Notes: a model not told the origin generated them from the letters alone. A DNA stretch of 64,000 bases from Escherichia coli (GCF_003334335.1 NZ_QOWQ01000003.1); one strand, 5' to 3'; counted from the first letter of the stretch, positions 1 through 8,620 are shown. Numbers and translations are program-made.

Positions 1-235
1 ACGCGAGGCATCGTCTTAACGAGGCACCGAGGCGTCGCATTCTTCAGATGGTTCAACCCTTAAGTTAGCGCTTATGGGGTCAGGTCTCCCCGTTCCGCAA
101 GCTGCCGCGATTTTTCCCGCCACTGCTTCACGGCGATATCATCCAGGTAGGCGGGGGCTTTCGGTGGTCTTGCCATGCTTATTTTTCGTCAGATTATTTT
201 TCAAAAAATTCCCGTGCATAAAAATTTGGGGAGGC

Positions 236-285
236 GTTCGGTGCCCGGCGGGGTCGGGTTTGTCCTGAAAACGCCCCCCACCCCG
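236..285. promoter_or_regulatory. GC-rich imperfect inverted repeat, candidate cos/packaging site
   Basis: GGGGAGGCGT ... ACGCCCCCC arms around GCCCGGCGGGGTCGGGTTTG core, flanked by AT-rich DNA, immediately downstream of the HNH gene. Confidence 0.25.
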
Positions 286-298
286 TCATACAGCCTCA

Positions 299-481
299 TC
301 AGCGATTGCGGAAACATTCCATAACCTCGCGGTCACGGTCGGTTAATCGCTTCGCTGTGATGCGTTCTGCGCGTCCTGACGCTTTATCTTTATGCCCTGT
401 TTCCTGTGTCTTCCATGCGTCACGCTGCCTTATAAGTCCACGGATAAGGCGGTTTTGTTCCCGCTCATTCATCAGCGTCAT
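299..481 (-). CDS. Hypothetical small protein (about 60 aa) overlapping the HNH stop
   Basis: ATG at 481-479 overlaps the last HNH codons; C-terminal LTDRDREVMECF stretch looks HTH-like; no convincing RBS. Confidence 0.25.
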   Translation of the reverse strand: MTLMNEREQNRLIRGLIRQRDAWKTQETGHKDKASGRAERITAKRLTDRDREVMECFRNR

Positions 482-905
482 ACATCCAGTTATTGCGGTT
501 AGCGGCCCGTTCTTCCTCTTCACGAAATCCACCTGCGGCACGCTTGCTTTTTGTTGCCGGATCAAGCCACTTCGTTTTCTGGTTATGACACGCCTGGCAC
601 AATGGCTGATGGTTCCATTCGGGCCAGAAGAGAACATCATCACCGCCATTAATCGGGATAATGTGATCCACCACCACGGCGGGCGTATATATCCCCTTCT
701 CAAGGCATCGCACGCATAACGGGTTTTTACTCAGATACATGGCGCGGTATTTTTCCCACTGTCTGGAGTACCCACGCGCGCGGCGGTGTCCTCGTCTGGC
801 ATCCTCTGCACGCCATGCCGCCCGCCTGTGCTCCTCACACTTGCCGGACTTAACGCGCCTGTTACAGCCTGGTTCTGTACATCGTCTTAATGGTTGCCAC
901 GGCAT
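465..905 (-). CDS. HNH endonuclease, phage packaging-associated
   Basis: 146 aa with Cys-rich N-terminus and DHIIP...H...N...CH...CH HNH-type motif; start overlaps connector stop (ATGA). Confidence 0.85.
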   Translation of the reverse strand: MPWQPLRRCTEPGCNRRVKSGKCEEHRRAAWRAEDARRGHRRARGYSRQWEKYRAMYLSKNPLCVRCLEKGIYTPAVVVDHIIPINGGDDVLFWPEWNHQPLCQACHNQKTKWLDPATKSKRAAGGFREEEERAANRNNWMYDADE

Positions 906-1201
906 CAGTACACCCCCACATCACGGTAAGCCGTCCAGAGCGCGCCAATCGTCATGGGTACGCGCGTTTTTGCGTTATCCGCTACCAGCTGGCGATTCTC
1001 GTACAGGTGAGCGATAAACATCATGCAGCCAATCTTTATGGCTGGCGTGAACTCCAGCCCGTCATCAAAGCGCCTGCCTATATGTATCTGGCACGCCTCA
1101 AGCGATGCGGCAATGTATCCGCTGATTAACTGGTCTTCCTCGTCGCCATCGATGCGGCAATGGAGTTTCACTTCTTCCAGGGTGATAAGTTCTTCTGTCA
1201 T
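905..1201 (-). CDS. Head-tail connector protein, gp6-like
   Basis: 98 aa, N-terminal ITLEEVKLHCRIDGDEEDQLI motif typical of gp6-like connector proteins; translationally coupled to neighbours. Confidence 0.8.
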   Translation of the reverse strand: MTEELITLEEVKLHCRIDGDEEDQLISGYIAASLEACQIHIGRRFDDGLEFTPAIKIGCMMFIAHLYENRQLVADNAKTRVPMTIGALWTAYRDVGVY

Positions 1202-1536
1202 TTTTCCGCGCCCTCACGACAAAGAATTTCAAGGCGTGTCCTGGCGGCATCCGGCAGCGGTTGCCCGATGATATTCAGTACACGCCCCGCCAGCGGCCCC
1301 GTACTGACCTTTATCCGGCTGGTGGCGTTGATGTCCTTCCGGTACCGTATCCAGATCCTTACGGTACCAATCGCCAGCTCTGCACCCGATGAAATGGCCT
1401 CCTTGCTGCTGATCATGTTCACGCTTGCCCAGAGTGTGTGACCGTCCTCCCACGTTTCGAGTATTTCGCCGGTTATATCCCTGGTCTGTTTCAGGGTCTG
1501 AATCGTTACCCTGTCACGCAGTCGCCCTATGTTCAT
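1198..1536 (-). CDS. Head closure / head-tail joining protein
   Basis: About 113 aa from ATG at 1536 overlapping portal stop; RVTIQ ... IRYR pattern of head-tail joining family. Confidence 0.7.
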   Translation of the reverse strand: MNIGRLRDRVTIQTLKQTRDITGEILETWEDGHTLWASVNMISSKEAISSGAELAIGTVRIWIRYRKDINATSRIKVSTGPLAGRVLNIIGQPLPDAARTRLEILCREGAEK

Positions 1537-2744
1537 TCCGGTTTTTCTCCCTCGCTGATTTTTACTTCCTGTTTCCATGCCTGGCTGAACTCATCACCAC
1601 CATCACGCGGGGACAGCCCTTCACGTTCGCGGGCTTCGTTCGGGCACATAACGCCGGATTTGATGCCGCGTTCATAGGTGGCAAAGCGTTCGCCAGGTGT
1701 GGCCCGTAACAGGTCCGCGCTGTCAAACTCCACCTGATACCGGATACCAGGTACAGGCGAGGCCACCAGCAGGGCGTTTTTTATCTGCTGCTCAAAGTTC
1801 GCCAGCCACGGGCGCATTGTCATGGTGAGAAATGCGCGGCTTGCCTCGCTGAAATTGCTGTAGGTGCTGTTGCTGTATTCCTGCAGAAAAATCGGCGAGA
1901 CGTTGAACATTCGGGCGATGTCTTCAATGGTGAAGCGACGGGAGGCCAGCCATTCAGCATCCTGATTACTCATGCCCAGCTGCTGATAGCTCATACCCCC
2001 TTCAAGGATGGGCGTTTTTCCGGCGTTTCTGGCCCCTTTGTAGCGTTCCAGTGCGGCTAATGCCTGTTTGCCCTTCACGCCGTCCAGCCATTCGCCTGAC
2101 GTGATAACCCCTGCCGCCATCATGCCATCACGCATCACGCTCGCGCCGTGGCGTTGTTGGGCCAGCCCAAGCCCCAGCGATTCGCGGCAGATGGTTACAG
2201 GTGAGCGCCCCATAAAACCGTCATCCGTGGAGTAACGAAGGTGGAGAACCTCCCACGGTAAATAGTTGCGGGTGTTTCCGGTGTAGGCGTCAGTGATGCA
2301 GTAGCGCCAGTTGTGTTCGCCTGTCTGCTCCACGTTCACCGACTGCGGCGGGTAAGGATGTAAAGCCACCGGAAAACCATCACGCCCCCACTGAATCACC
2401 GCATAAGCATTACCGTTTAACAGGCAGTGGCGGATCATCATTCGCTTAAACTGGTAGGGAGTCTGCCACGCGTTCGGGCGCTCGTTGAGGATGTGATCGA
2501 CCGGATGAGAATCAAGCCACTCGCGGGCCTCCTTCCCCTTCTCATTGCGTACCAGGTACAGGTAACACGGCATGGTAGCCACCGCCTCAGAGATGACCGT
2601 CACGGCGTTCATGACGGCGGGCAGTGATTCCGCTGTCCCCGATGATACGTACTCACCCGCCCCCGTGTTCGATGTGCCAGCCAGCGCCATAAATTCATCA
2701 AGCGTCATGCTGCGCTGCTCTTTTTTTCTTCTGAAAAGCCACAT
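1533..2744 (-). CDS. Phage portal protein, HK97 family
   Basis: 403 aa with portal-family conserved core; sits between protease and head-closure genes. Confidence 0.9.
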   Translation of the reverse strand: MWLFRRKKEQRSMTLDEFMALAGTSNTGAGEYVSSGTAESLPAVMNAVTVISEAVATMPCYLYLVRNEKGKEAREWLDSHPVDHILNERPNAWQTPYQFKRMMIRHCLLNGNAYAVIQWGRDGFPVALHPYPPQSVNVEQTGEHNWRYCITDAYTGNTRNYLPWEVLHLRYSTDDGFMGRSPVTICRESLGLGLAQQRHGASVMRDGMMAAGVITSGEWLDGVKGKQALAALERYKGARNAGKTPILEGGMSYQQLGMSNQDAEWLASRRFTIEDIARMFNVSPIFLQEYSNSTYSNFSEASRAFLTMTMRPWLANFEQQIKNALLVASPVPGIRYQVEFDSADLLRATPGERFATYERGIKSGVMCPNEAREREGLSPRDGGDEFSQAWKQEVKISEGEKPE

Positions 2745-2745
2745 A

Positions 2746-3303
2746 TCACACCCCCGCTAAATCCACCCACCAGCGGCGATTATCCGCACGCGGCATTTTT
2801 TCGGGGTGCTGCTCATACAGGGAACGGCGGGCCAGCTCCACGCCGGAATCGGGGTAAGCCGGTACCGATGTAACGGTAATTTCGTACAGTTCCGCCACCA
2901 GCACGGTGCGCACGCATGGATCTGTTGTGGTATCCCATACATCCTTACGGGAGCGAAAGCCAAAGCTCATCCCCGAGATGTCCCCACGCTTAACCAGTTC
3001 GATAACGTCGCGCCCTGTACTGGTATCCGGTGGGGTCAGTTCAAAGCGTAACCCTGTTTCGTCCTCTTCCAGTTTCAGCGTGCCGGAACGGGTACGCCCC
3101 AGCAACATGCTGTGGTCATGCTCATACAGGCCGCGAACGTCATTACCCGCCGCAAGCCATTCAGTAAACGCTCCCCGCTGGAATTTTTCGTAAAACTCCC
3201 CCCATAGCAGCTCTGAAAGCTTATCCCAGCGAACAACGTAGCCTGTAAGCGTGTTGCTGGCGCTGGTGGTGATTTCCGATGACCGGATTTCCATACTCTT
3301 CAT
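2746..3303 (-). CDS. Prohead (head maturation) protease, HK97 family
   Basis: About 185 aa; ORF track gives 2746..3318 but ATG at 3303 has the better RBS (GGGTGA); HK97 protease-like sequence. Confidence 0.85.
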   Translation of the reverse strand: MKSMEIRSSEITTSASNTLTGYVVRWDKLSELLWGEFYEKFQRGAFTEWLAAGNDVRGLYEHDHSMLLGRTRSGTLKLEEDETGLRFELTPPDTSTGRDVIELVKRGDISGMSFGFRSRKDVWDTTTDPCVRTVLVAELYEITVTSVPAYPDSGVELARRSLYEQHPEKMPRADNRRWWVDLAGV

Positions 3304-3318
3304 AATTTTTTCACCCAT

Positions 3319-3347
3319 AAAACACTAAAGGGGCTTTTAAGCCCCTT
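3319..3347 (-). terminator. Intercistronic hairpin/attenuator after major capsid gene
   Basis: AAGGGGC-loop-GCCCCTT stem followed by U-rich tract on minus strand between capsid stop and protease start. Confidence 0.5.
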
Positions 3348-3357
3348 CTGTATGCTG

Positions 3358-4515
3358 TTAATCGTCGTCCTGTGGCAGTTCCAGAATCTTGATCGCGTTC
3401 GAATCCACCACGCCACCGCCTAAATATTTCTGCGTGAAAATTTTGATGAAGCCCGGCTCTGTGAGGTTGTCCGGTCTGGTGCGAACACCTGTTTCGTGAT
3501 CAACAATGTAGTAACCGCGTTTGAAGTCACCCAGGGCAATAACGTTATCAGGCATAAACTCCAGATATTCGACCGGAAGGCCCAGCAACGTATCAGGATC
3601 ACCCGCCTGTAAACGGTCACGCCAGATGTAATCACCGTTCGCGTTCTTCACCTTCTGGAGTTTTGCCGCCGTCGTGGAGTTAACCACCCAGACCGCGTTT
3701 TTGCGGTATTTTTTACGTAATGCAAATTTCAGGTCGATCAGCGGGTCCGCAGATGTCCACGCCAGAGATTCGGAAGGTTTAATTACCTGCAACGTACCAA
3801 AATCACGCTCTTTGTCGTTCTTCTCTGCACGGGGTACGGATAAAAAGCCTTTTGCTTTTTTGTCACCGTCGCCCACAACCAGATCGCTTTCTTCGGTTTC
3901 CGTGAAGGTGTCGCCAATCTCGCCCGTCAGCCATGAAAGGATGTCCACATCGGAAAAATCCACGATTTCCTGTGTGGTGCGCGGGTACGCATAGACCGGA
4001 TACAGCTTAATGCTCACCTCGTTAATCTGCGGGGTGCTGGTCTGTTCGCGTGTCTTACCCTCTTCACCGTGGTTAACGGTCGCACCGCCAGCGGAAACAA
4101 GCTGCTTAAACTCGTTGCTGCTGATTTTCTTCACGGTACAGATGCGGCGCATGGTGGATTCATCCGTCAGCATTCGCATGATTTCGGTGTTCAGTTCGGG
4201 GATAACGGTATAACCACCATCAGCGGGAACGCCTGTACTTAATGCGCGGGTTTCACCTGTCAGGATGTAGTTGCGGAGTTCTGCCGGGTCAGTGGTCTGG
4301 CTGCTTTTACCTGGCTTGCTGCGCTCTTCGTCTGCAATGGCTTCAAGGCGGGAAATGTCTTTATCGAGGGATTCAGCTTTAGCGCGTAATTCGTCAAATG
4401 TTGCGCCCTCAGCATCGTTAAGACTGCGGTTTTCTTTTTCCGCGTTCTCCAGCATGTCGCGCATCTGATTTTTAATGGCGGTTTTCTGCTGGCGTAATTC
4501 GATTATTCTCGGCAT
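3358..4515 (-). CDS. Major capsid protein, HK97 fold, with N-terminal coiled-coil delta domain
   Basis: 385 aa; charged coiled-coil N-terminus then HK97-type capsid body; adjacent to prohead protease. Confidence 0.9.
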   Translation of the reverse strand: MPRIIELRQQKTAIKNQMRDMLENAEKENRSLNDAEGATFDELRAKAESLDKDISRLEAIADEERSKPGKSSQTTDPAELRNYILTGETRALSTGVPADGGYTVIPELNTEIMRMLTDESTMRRICTVKKISSNEFKQLVSAGGATVNHGEEGKTREQTSTPQINEVSIKLYPVYAYPRTTQEIVDFSDVDILSWLTGEIGDTFTETEESDLVVGDGDKKAKGFLSVPRAEKNDKERDFGTLQVIKPSESLAWTSADPLIDLKFALRKKYRKNAVWVVNSTTAAKLQKVKNANGDYIWRDRLQAGDPDTLLGLPVEYLEFMPDNVIALGDFKRGYYIVDHETGVRTRPDNLTEPGFIKIFTQKYLGGGVVDSNAIKILELPQDDD

Positions 4516-4522
4516 AAAAAAA

Positions 4523-4552
4523 GTCCTGGGGTTAAGTAAGGAACTCCAGGAC
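4523..4552 (-). promoter_or_regulatory. Hairpin plus U-run immediately 5' of capsid start codon
   Basis: GTCCTGG ... CCAGGAC stem (7 bp, about 16 nt loop) followed by TTTTTTT then ATG; no canonical SD at normal spacing. Confidence 0.35.
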
Positions 4553-4729
4553 GCGGCAAAAACTCAACCGTTTTTCATAAGGAAATCAGCAATCGCACCG
4601 ATCGTTTTCCCGCCTGGTAATGAATATTGGCGAGAACATTAACAGGCGGAAAAGTGGCCCCAGCGTCCTGGCACCACGGGCGAGAATAATCATGATTCAG
4701 TTCGGGTAAAATATGCCGATCCTGTCAGT

Positions 4730-4756
4730 GAACAACGTGGAACAACCGCGAACAAA
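4730..4756. promoter_or_regulatory. Three GAACAAC direct repeats at 10-bp phasing upstream of head operon
   Basis: gAACAACgtg gAACAACcgc gAACAAAtaa on plus strand (GTTGTTC on the transcribed minus strand), about 215 bp upstream of capsid start. Confidence 0.45.
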
Positions 4757-4761
4757 TAATT

Positions 4762-4796
4762 TACAAAAAATGACAAAAAGCCGGATTGCTCCGGCT
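4762..4796 (-). terminator. Rho-independent terminator after small cargo gene
   Basis: GCCGGAgcaaTCCGGC hairpin followed by TTTTTGTCATTTTTTG on minus strand. Confidence 0.7.
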
Positions 4797-4806
4797 GTAT
4801 GCGTGC

Positions 4807-5031
4807 TCAGTCCCTGATCCCTTTCAGAAATTCTATCAATGCATCTATCTGTTCAGGATTTACCGCCAGCATTTCACCGGACAGAGCACATCTCACAAAA
4901 CCATGCTGATCCTTTTCAATCAGTGCGCCCGTCTCCAGGAATGCGCGGTAATCATTGATGCTCATCGTCTCCATGTTGTCAGCATGGTATTTATCACGCT
5001 GTTTTAATATCTCATCAAATTTCATCGGCAT
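4807..5031 (-). CDS. Hypothetical protein, 74 aa, terminator-bounded cargo (moron-like) gene
   Basis: ATG at 5031 with GAGGAA RBS; terminators on both sides; no recognisable family. Confidence 0.55.
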   Translation of the reverse strand: MPMKFDEILKQRDKYHADNMETMSINDYRAFLETGALIEKDQHGFVRCALSGEMLAVNPEQIDALIEFLKGIRD

Positions 5032-5123
5032 TGTTTTTTCCTCTGTTGTGTCTGTTTGTTTCAGATAGTAACTATGCCTGACCGTGACGAAAACCCGGTA
5101 ATGCGCCATACCGTTTCAACTGG

Positions 5124-5149
5124 TGCAAAAAAAGCCGGATTTCTCCGGC
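5124..5149 (-). terminator. Rho-independent terminator ending the early/replication operon
   Basis: GCCGGAgaaaTCCGGC hairpin followed by TTTTTTT on minus strand; near-identical to hairpin at 4780-4795. Confidence 0.7.
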
Positions 5150-5156
5150 TGTGTGA

Positions 5157-5429
5157 TTAGCTGTCCTGGTAATTTCGCCATATTTCATCACCAGCACCAT
5201 CCATACCCATTTCGGCATAAGTGCGATCGACCGCCTTTTTCAGGTCTCCGTAATTATCCGGCGGCTCCGGTGGCCTCTGTGCCTTCCTGGAACATTCCAG
5301 CCGTCGCATCGTAACCTGATGCCGTTCCTTGTCTGTCTCCACCAGCAGCATGACTTCACCCCATCGCGCCGACGCCCTCCGGTAAAAGCCTTTTGCCTCG
5401 AGTTCCTCCGCTATGCGGTCATGTACCAT
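5157..5429 (-). CDS. Hypothetical protein, 90 aa
   Basis: ATG at 5429 with strong RBS (GAGGGGGTGA), 10 nt after SSB stop; no recognisable family. Confidence 0.55.
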   Translation of the reverse strand: MVHDRIAEELEAKGFYRRASARWGEVMLLVETDKERHQVTMRRLECSRKAQRPPEPPDNYGDLKKAVDRTYAEMGMDGAGDEIWRNYQDS

Positions 5430-5439
5430 CGTCACCCCC

Positions 5440-5850
5440 TCAGAACGGAATATCATCACCGTAGGGGTCATCGTCTCCCGCTGGTGGCTGATTACCCTGT
5501 GTGCCTGTGGTTTTGCGTCTGTTCCCGCCAGGACGTGCCGCACGGGCACTGATTACGCTGTCTGCAATAACCTGATACCCCTGTCGTGTTTCCCCGTTCT
5601 GTCCGGTCCACTGGCTTACCTGCATCGTGCCGGATACGCTGGCAACATCGCCTTTTTGATGTTTAGCCAGGAAATCGGCCTGTTTGCCAAATGCGATAAC
5701 CGATAACCATAACGTCGCCTGTCCGTCATGTGCTTGGCTGCATGGCAACGATACCGCCATACGCGCCAGAGTCATCGGTGTGCCCTTGCTGCTCTGTTTT
5801 ACCAGCGGGTCGTCCACCAGGCGCCCGTAAGCTGCAATTTGTGCTGTCAT
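5440..5850 (-). CDS. ssb: Single-stranded DNA-binding protein
   Basis: 136 aa; OB-fold region aligns with E. coli SSB; Gly/Gln-rich linker and acidic C-terminal tip ending DDIPF. Confidence 0.85.
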   Translation of the reverse strand: MTAQIAAYGRLVDDPLVKQSSKGTPMTLARMAVSLPCSQAHDGQATLWLSVIAFGKQADFLAKHQKGDVASVSGTMQVSQWTGQNGETRQGYQVIADSVISARAARPGGNRRKTTGTQGNQPPAGDDDPYGDDIPF

Positions 5851-5859
5851 ATTGCCACC

Positions 5860-6165
5860 TCAGTGAAGCGATCCGGCGTTGTTCTTTTTCATCTCTTCCA
5901 TCATTTTTTCAGTGAGCATTACGCACTGAAAACCCATGTTTTTGATGTCTACGGGTTTCATGCCTTTGTCAGTGGATATCACAGGCAGAATATCCTGATA
6001 CACATCGCGGTCAGGGTAACTAAGCACACAAAGCGCCCATGATGCCACGGGTGAGGATCCTTCGTCTGTTTCAACCCACCAGCCTGGTGTAGCTGCGCTT
6101 ATTTGCTGAATCGTGATCCGTCCGTTGTGCTTGTAAAGTTTTTCACCAAATTTTGGTTCGCTCAT
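5860..6165 (-). CDS. Hypothetical protein, 101 aa
   Basis: Start overlaps upstream gene stop (ATGA); operon context; no recognisable family. Confidence 0.5.
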   Translation of the reverse strand: MSEPKFGEKLYKHNGRITIQQISAATPGWWVETDEGSSPVASWALCVLSYPDRDVYQDILPVISTDKGMKPVDIKNMGFQCVMLTEKMMEEMKKNNAGSLH

Positions 6166-6413
6166 GATTCCAACTCTCCGGTTTTAACGTTGATTGTTGT
6201 TACCTGTTCCGCTTCGGCAATCTCACGTTCTGTCAGCGTGGCAAAGTTTGCCGCTGCTGTGGTCATGAATGCGCTTATCAGGTCGGGATGTTCTTTCGCG
6301 TATCCTTCCCCCGCGTGGCGGTCTATCGTTCTGATTGCCACCTTTAAGGCGTGCTCTGTCATGTCTAACGCTTTATATTTTGGCTCTGTTCTGTCTCTGT
6401 GTTTTTGAGTCAT
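6162..6413 (-). CDS. Hypothetical protein, about 84 aa
   Basis: ORF track gives 6162..6545 but that N-terminal extension runs through the iteron array; ATG at 6413 has GAGGTG RBS. Confidence 0.45.
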   Translation of the reverse strand: MTQKHRDRTEPKYKALDMTEHALKVAIRTIDRHAGEGYAKEHPDLISAFMTTAAANFATLTEREIAEAEQVTTINVKTGELES

Positions 6414-6620
6414 TTGCCCACCTCTACCCACTTTTTTCGCCCACTTTTTACGTTTTCCCACTTCGTCCAACGTGGGAAATTTGGGATTTATATCATCTTG
6501 TTTCATAGGTATTTTTTTAGTGCCCACTTTTTGGGATATATACACGTGGGAAAGTGGGTAATTTTGTTAAAATTACGTTAAATCGCCCACCTTTCCCACT
6601 TTTAATGCCCACTTTTTACA
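6414..6620. repeat. Candidate replication origin: iteron array around an AT-rich spacer
   Basis: At least 10 copies of (G/T)CCCAC(T)n / GTGGGAAA in both orientations flanking an AT-rich segment (about 6478-6518), directly 3' of the replication protein gene. Confidence 0.6.
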
Positions 6621-8013
6621 GTGGTCCTACATCATCACCGTCAATGTAGATCACGTCGTCTTTTTCCAGTTTGGCTAACCATCGTTTAAGGTGTTTTGTG
6701 TCATACCCCAGCTTTTTCATATCGTCACGTAACAGCGGGATCGTGCACTTGTCGCCGTGCTGTGTGCGTGAACGTATGCACCCCCATAGCGCGGTATGGT
6801 TTTCCGTCTTGTTGCCTGCCTCCTCGATGCGCTCCAGTTCAACGGGAGGGCGCGGCTTATCCACCACCACCAGCGACGTGATTAACTCCCCGTCAGCGTC
6901 GGTAAAAAGCTCCACCACCCGCAAATCATAGGCAGCCTCTTTGAGTTCCTCCGCGTCCTTCATTTTGGTGCATGAGATAACCAGCGCTTCGCTTCCTGCG
7001 TCCTCCCTGCGTATCCGGTATTCAGCATCCAGCGAAGCACGAAATGCACTGGAACCGCGCGCGCCTTTCGTCTCATCCTTGCCGGAATGGTGAACCACCA
7101 GCACCGTGGCCCCTGTGCGCCGTTTAAGCTCGTCACACCCACGGATAAACGCCCCCATATCACGGGAATCATTTTCATCATTGCCACCAAAGCAACGCGC
7201 CAGAGTATCAAGAATAATCATGCGTACAGGTTTACCCGTTTCCCGCTCCACCTGACGGGCAGCGATAACCAGTTCATCAACATCAAGCGGGACAGCCGGA
7301 AAAACTGGACGGTTTACCAGATACAGATTTTTCACCTGCTCACCGTGCACAACCTCCCAGGCTTTTACACGACGCGGAACGCCGATACCGCCTTCACCAA
7401 CCACATAGAGAACAGCGCCATGCGCCACCCTGCGGCCTCCCCACTGGCGGCCCGTGGAAACGTGACACGCCCACGAACCCGCAAGGAATGATTTATAGGA
7501 ACCGCTTGCCCCGTATATGCTGCATAGCGACGATGCCGGAATAATCCCCTTTACCACGTAATCTAATTGCGTGTCGTATCCGGCAGATCCAACGCTCATC
7601 GGTAGCGTGGTTTTTCGCTGGTGGTGTTCTTCCCCTGGCTTTTTCCCCCGCTCCCGTTCCAGATATTCGCGCCAGTTCTCCCGCTTCTGGCTGTGTATCC
7701 CTTCGGGGTAATAATTCGCATCAGTTACGCCCGCCGCCGCCAGCTTGTGCGCAATGGCATTAATATTTGATGGCCTGATGTGGCCTGCCTTGTACAGCCG
7801 GACACAATAGCGCCCCTCGTCGATGATTCTCAGGTCTGCCAGTTCATCCAGTTGATCATCAGCCAGCACAATGGGAGGCACATTATCGCCAGCCAGTCGC
7901 CCGTCCTGTTCCTGCCACTGTTTCGCATGTGCCCACGCATCACTACCCGCAAAAATGATGACTTCGGTCATCTTGTCGTAAGGCTGTTTTTTTAAGTTCG
8001 GTGCGCTTTTCAT
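6616..8013 (-). CDS. Satellite replication protein, RecA/DnaB-like P-loop ATPase with N-terminal extension
   Basis: 465 aa; Walker A GASGSYKS and ILDTLARCFGG...VHHSGK helicase-like motifs; followed by the iteron array. Confidence 0.85.
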   Translation of the reverse strand: MKSAPNLKKQPYDKMTEVIIFAGSDAWAHAKQWQEQDGRLAGDNVPPIVLADDQLDELADLRIIDEGRYCVRLYKAGHIRPSNINAIAHKLAAAGVTDANYYPEGIHSQKRENWREYLERERGKKPGEEHHQRKTTLPMSVGSAGYDTQLDYVVKGIIPASSLCSIYGASGSYKSFLAGSWACHVSTGRQWGGRRVAHGAVLYVVGEGGIGVPRRVKAWEVVHGEQVKNLYLVNRPVFPAVPLDVDELVIAARQVERETGKPVRMIILDTLARCFGGNDENDSRDMGAFIRGCDELKRRTGATVLVVHHSGKDETKGARGSSAFRASLDAEYRIRREDAGSEALVISCTKMKDAEELKEAAYDLRVVELFTDADGELITSLVVVDKPRPPVELERIEEAGNKTENHTALWGCIRSRTQHGDKCTIPLLRDDMKKLGYDTKHLKRWLAKLEKDDVIYIDGDDVGPL

Positions 8014-8309
8014 TTCTTGCCCCTGAATCCGTTAATCATGTTTTTCATCTTCTGAATATTGGCGCGTGCTTTCTCCCTGCTGGTGGGCACGTTACGCGGT
8101 ACGGCCTGCACCAGAGAAAAATCACGCCGGAACTGATAAACAGGCATCACGCAATCATATTCGTAACTTTCACGACGGTAGGTTACGCGCCGTTCCTCCA
8201 CGCCCTTAATCATTACCGTGCCGCCGTACTGGTCGCGGTAAATATCACCGCGCGTAAATTTAGGGTGAGTGTTGCCACTGGCAGTTAAGCCAGAATATTT
8301 AAGTTTCAT
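8010..8309 (-). CDS. Hypothetical protein, 99 aa
   Basis: ATG with GGAG RBS; stop overlaps rep start. Confidence 0.5.
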   Translation of the reverse strand: MKLKYSGLTASGNTHPKFTRGDIYRDQYGGTVMIKGVEERRVTYRRESYEYDCVMPVYQFRRDFSLVQAVPRNVPTSREKARANIQKMKNMINGFRGKK

Positions 8310-8314
8310 TATTT

Positions 8315-8548
8315 TTATTCTCCGGTGTGCTGTTCGTTATATCTGTCGTGCAATGTCTCTATTTCTTGTAGTTCCATTATTACAGGCTCAAGAAGCGTTA
8401 TTAATGCCGTGACAATTCTTGATTTTTGTTTGTCGCGTTCATTGTCGCCAAGTGTTTCAAGCCATATGCGCAATATTTCCAGCATGTTTTCACTGTGAGA
8501 AAGTGCAAGAAATACGCGTTCTGTTGTTTCGTGGTAAATATCACGCAT
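8315..8548 (-). CDS. Hypothetical protein, 77 aa
   Basis: ATG at 8548 with GAGGA RBS; operon context. Confidence 0.5.
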   Translation of the reverse strand: MRDIYHETTERVFLALSHSENMLEILRIWLETLGDNERDKQKSRIVTALITLLEPVIMELQEIETLHDRYNEQHTGE

Positions 8549-8620
8549 GGCTTACATCCTCAGGAAATTTTCTTCTGTAACGCGCCTCTGCCACATATTC
8601 CGCATAATCGGCGGCGATAT

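Noticed and set aside
299-719. ORFs 306..719 (+) and the long version of 299..703 (-) overlapping the HNH gene
   Set aside because: Out-of-frame or antisense overlap with a well-supported HNH endonuclease gene; only the short 299-481 segment is kept, at low confidence.
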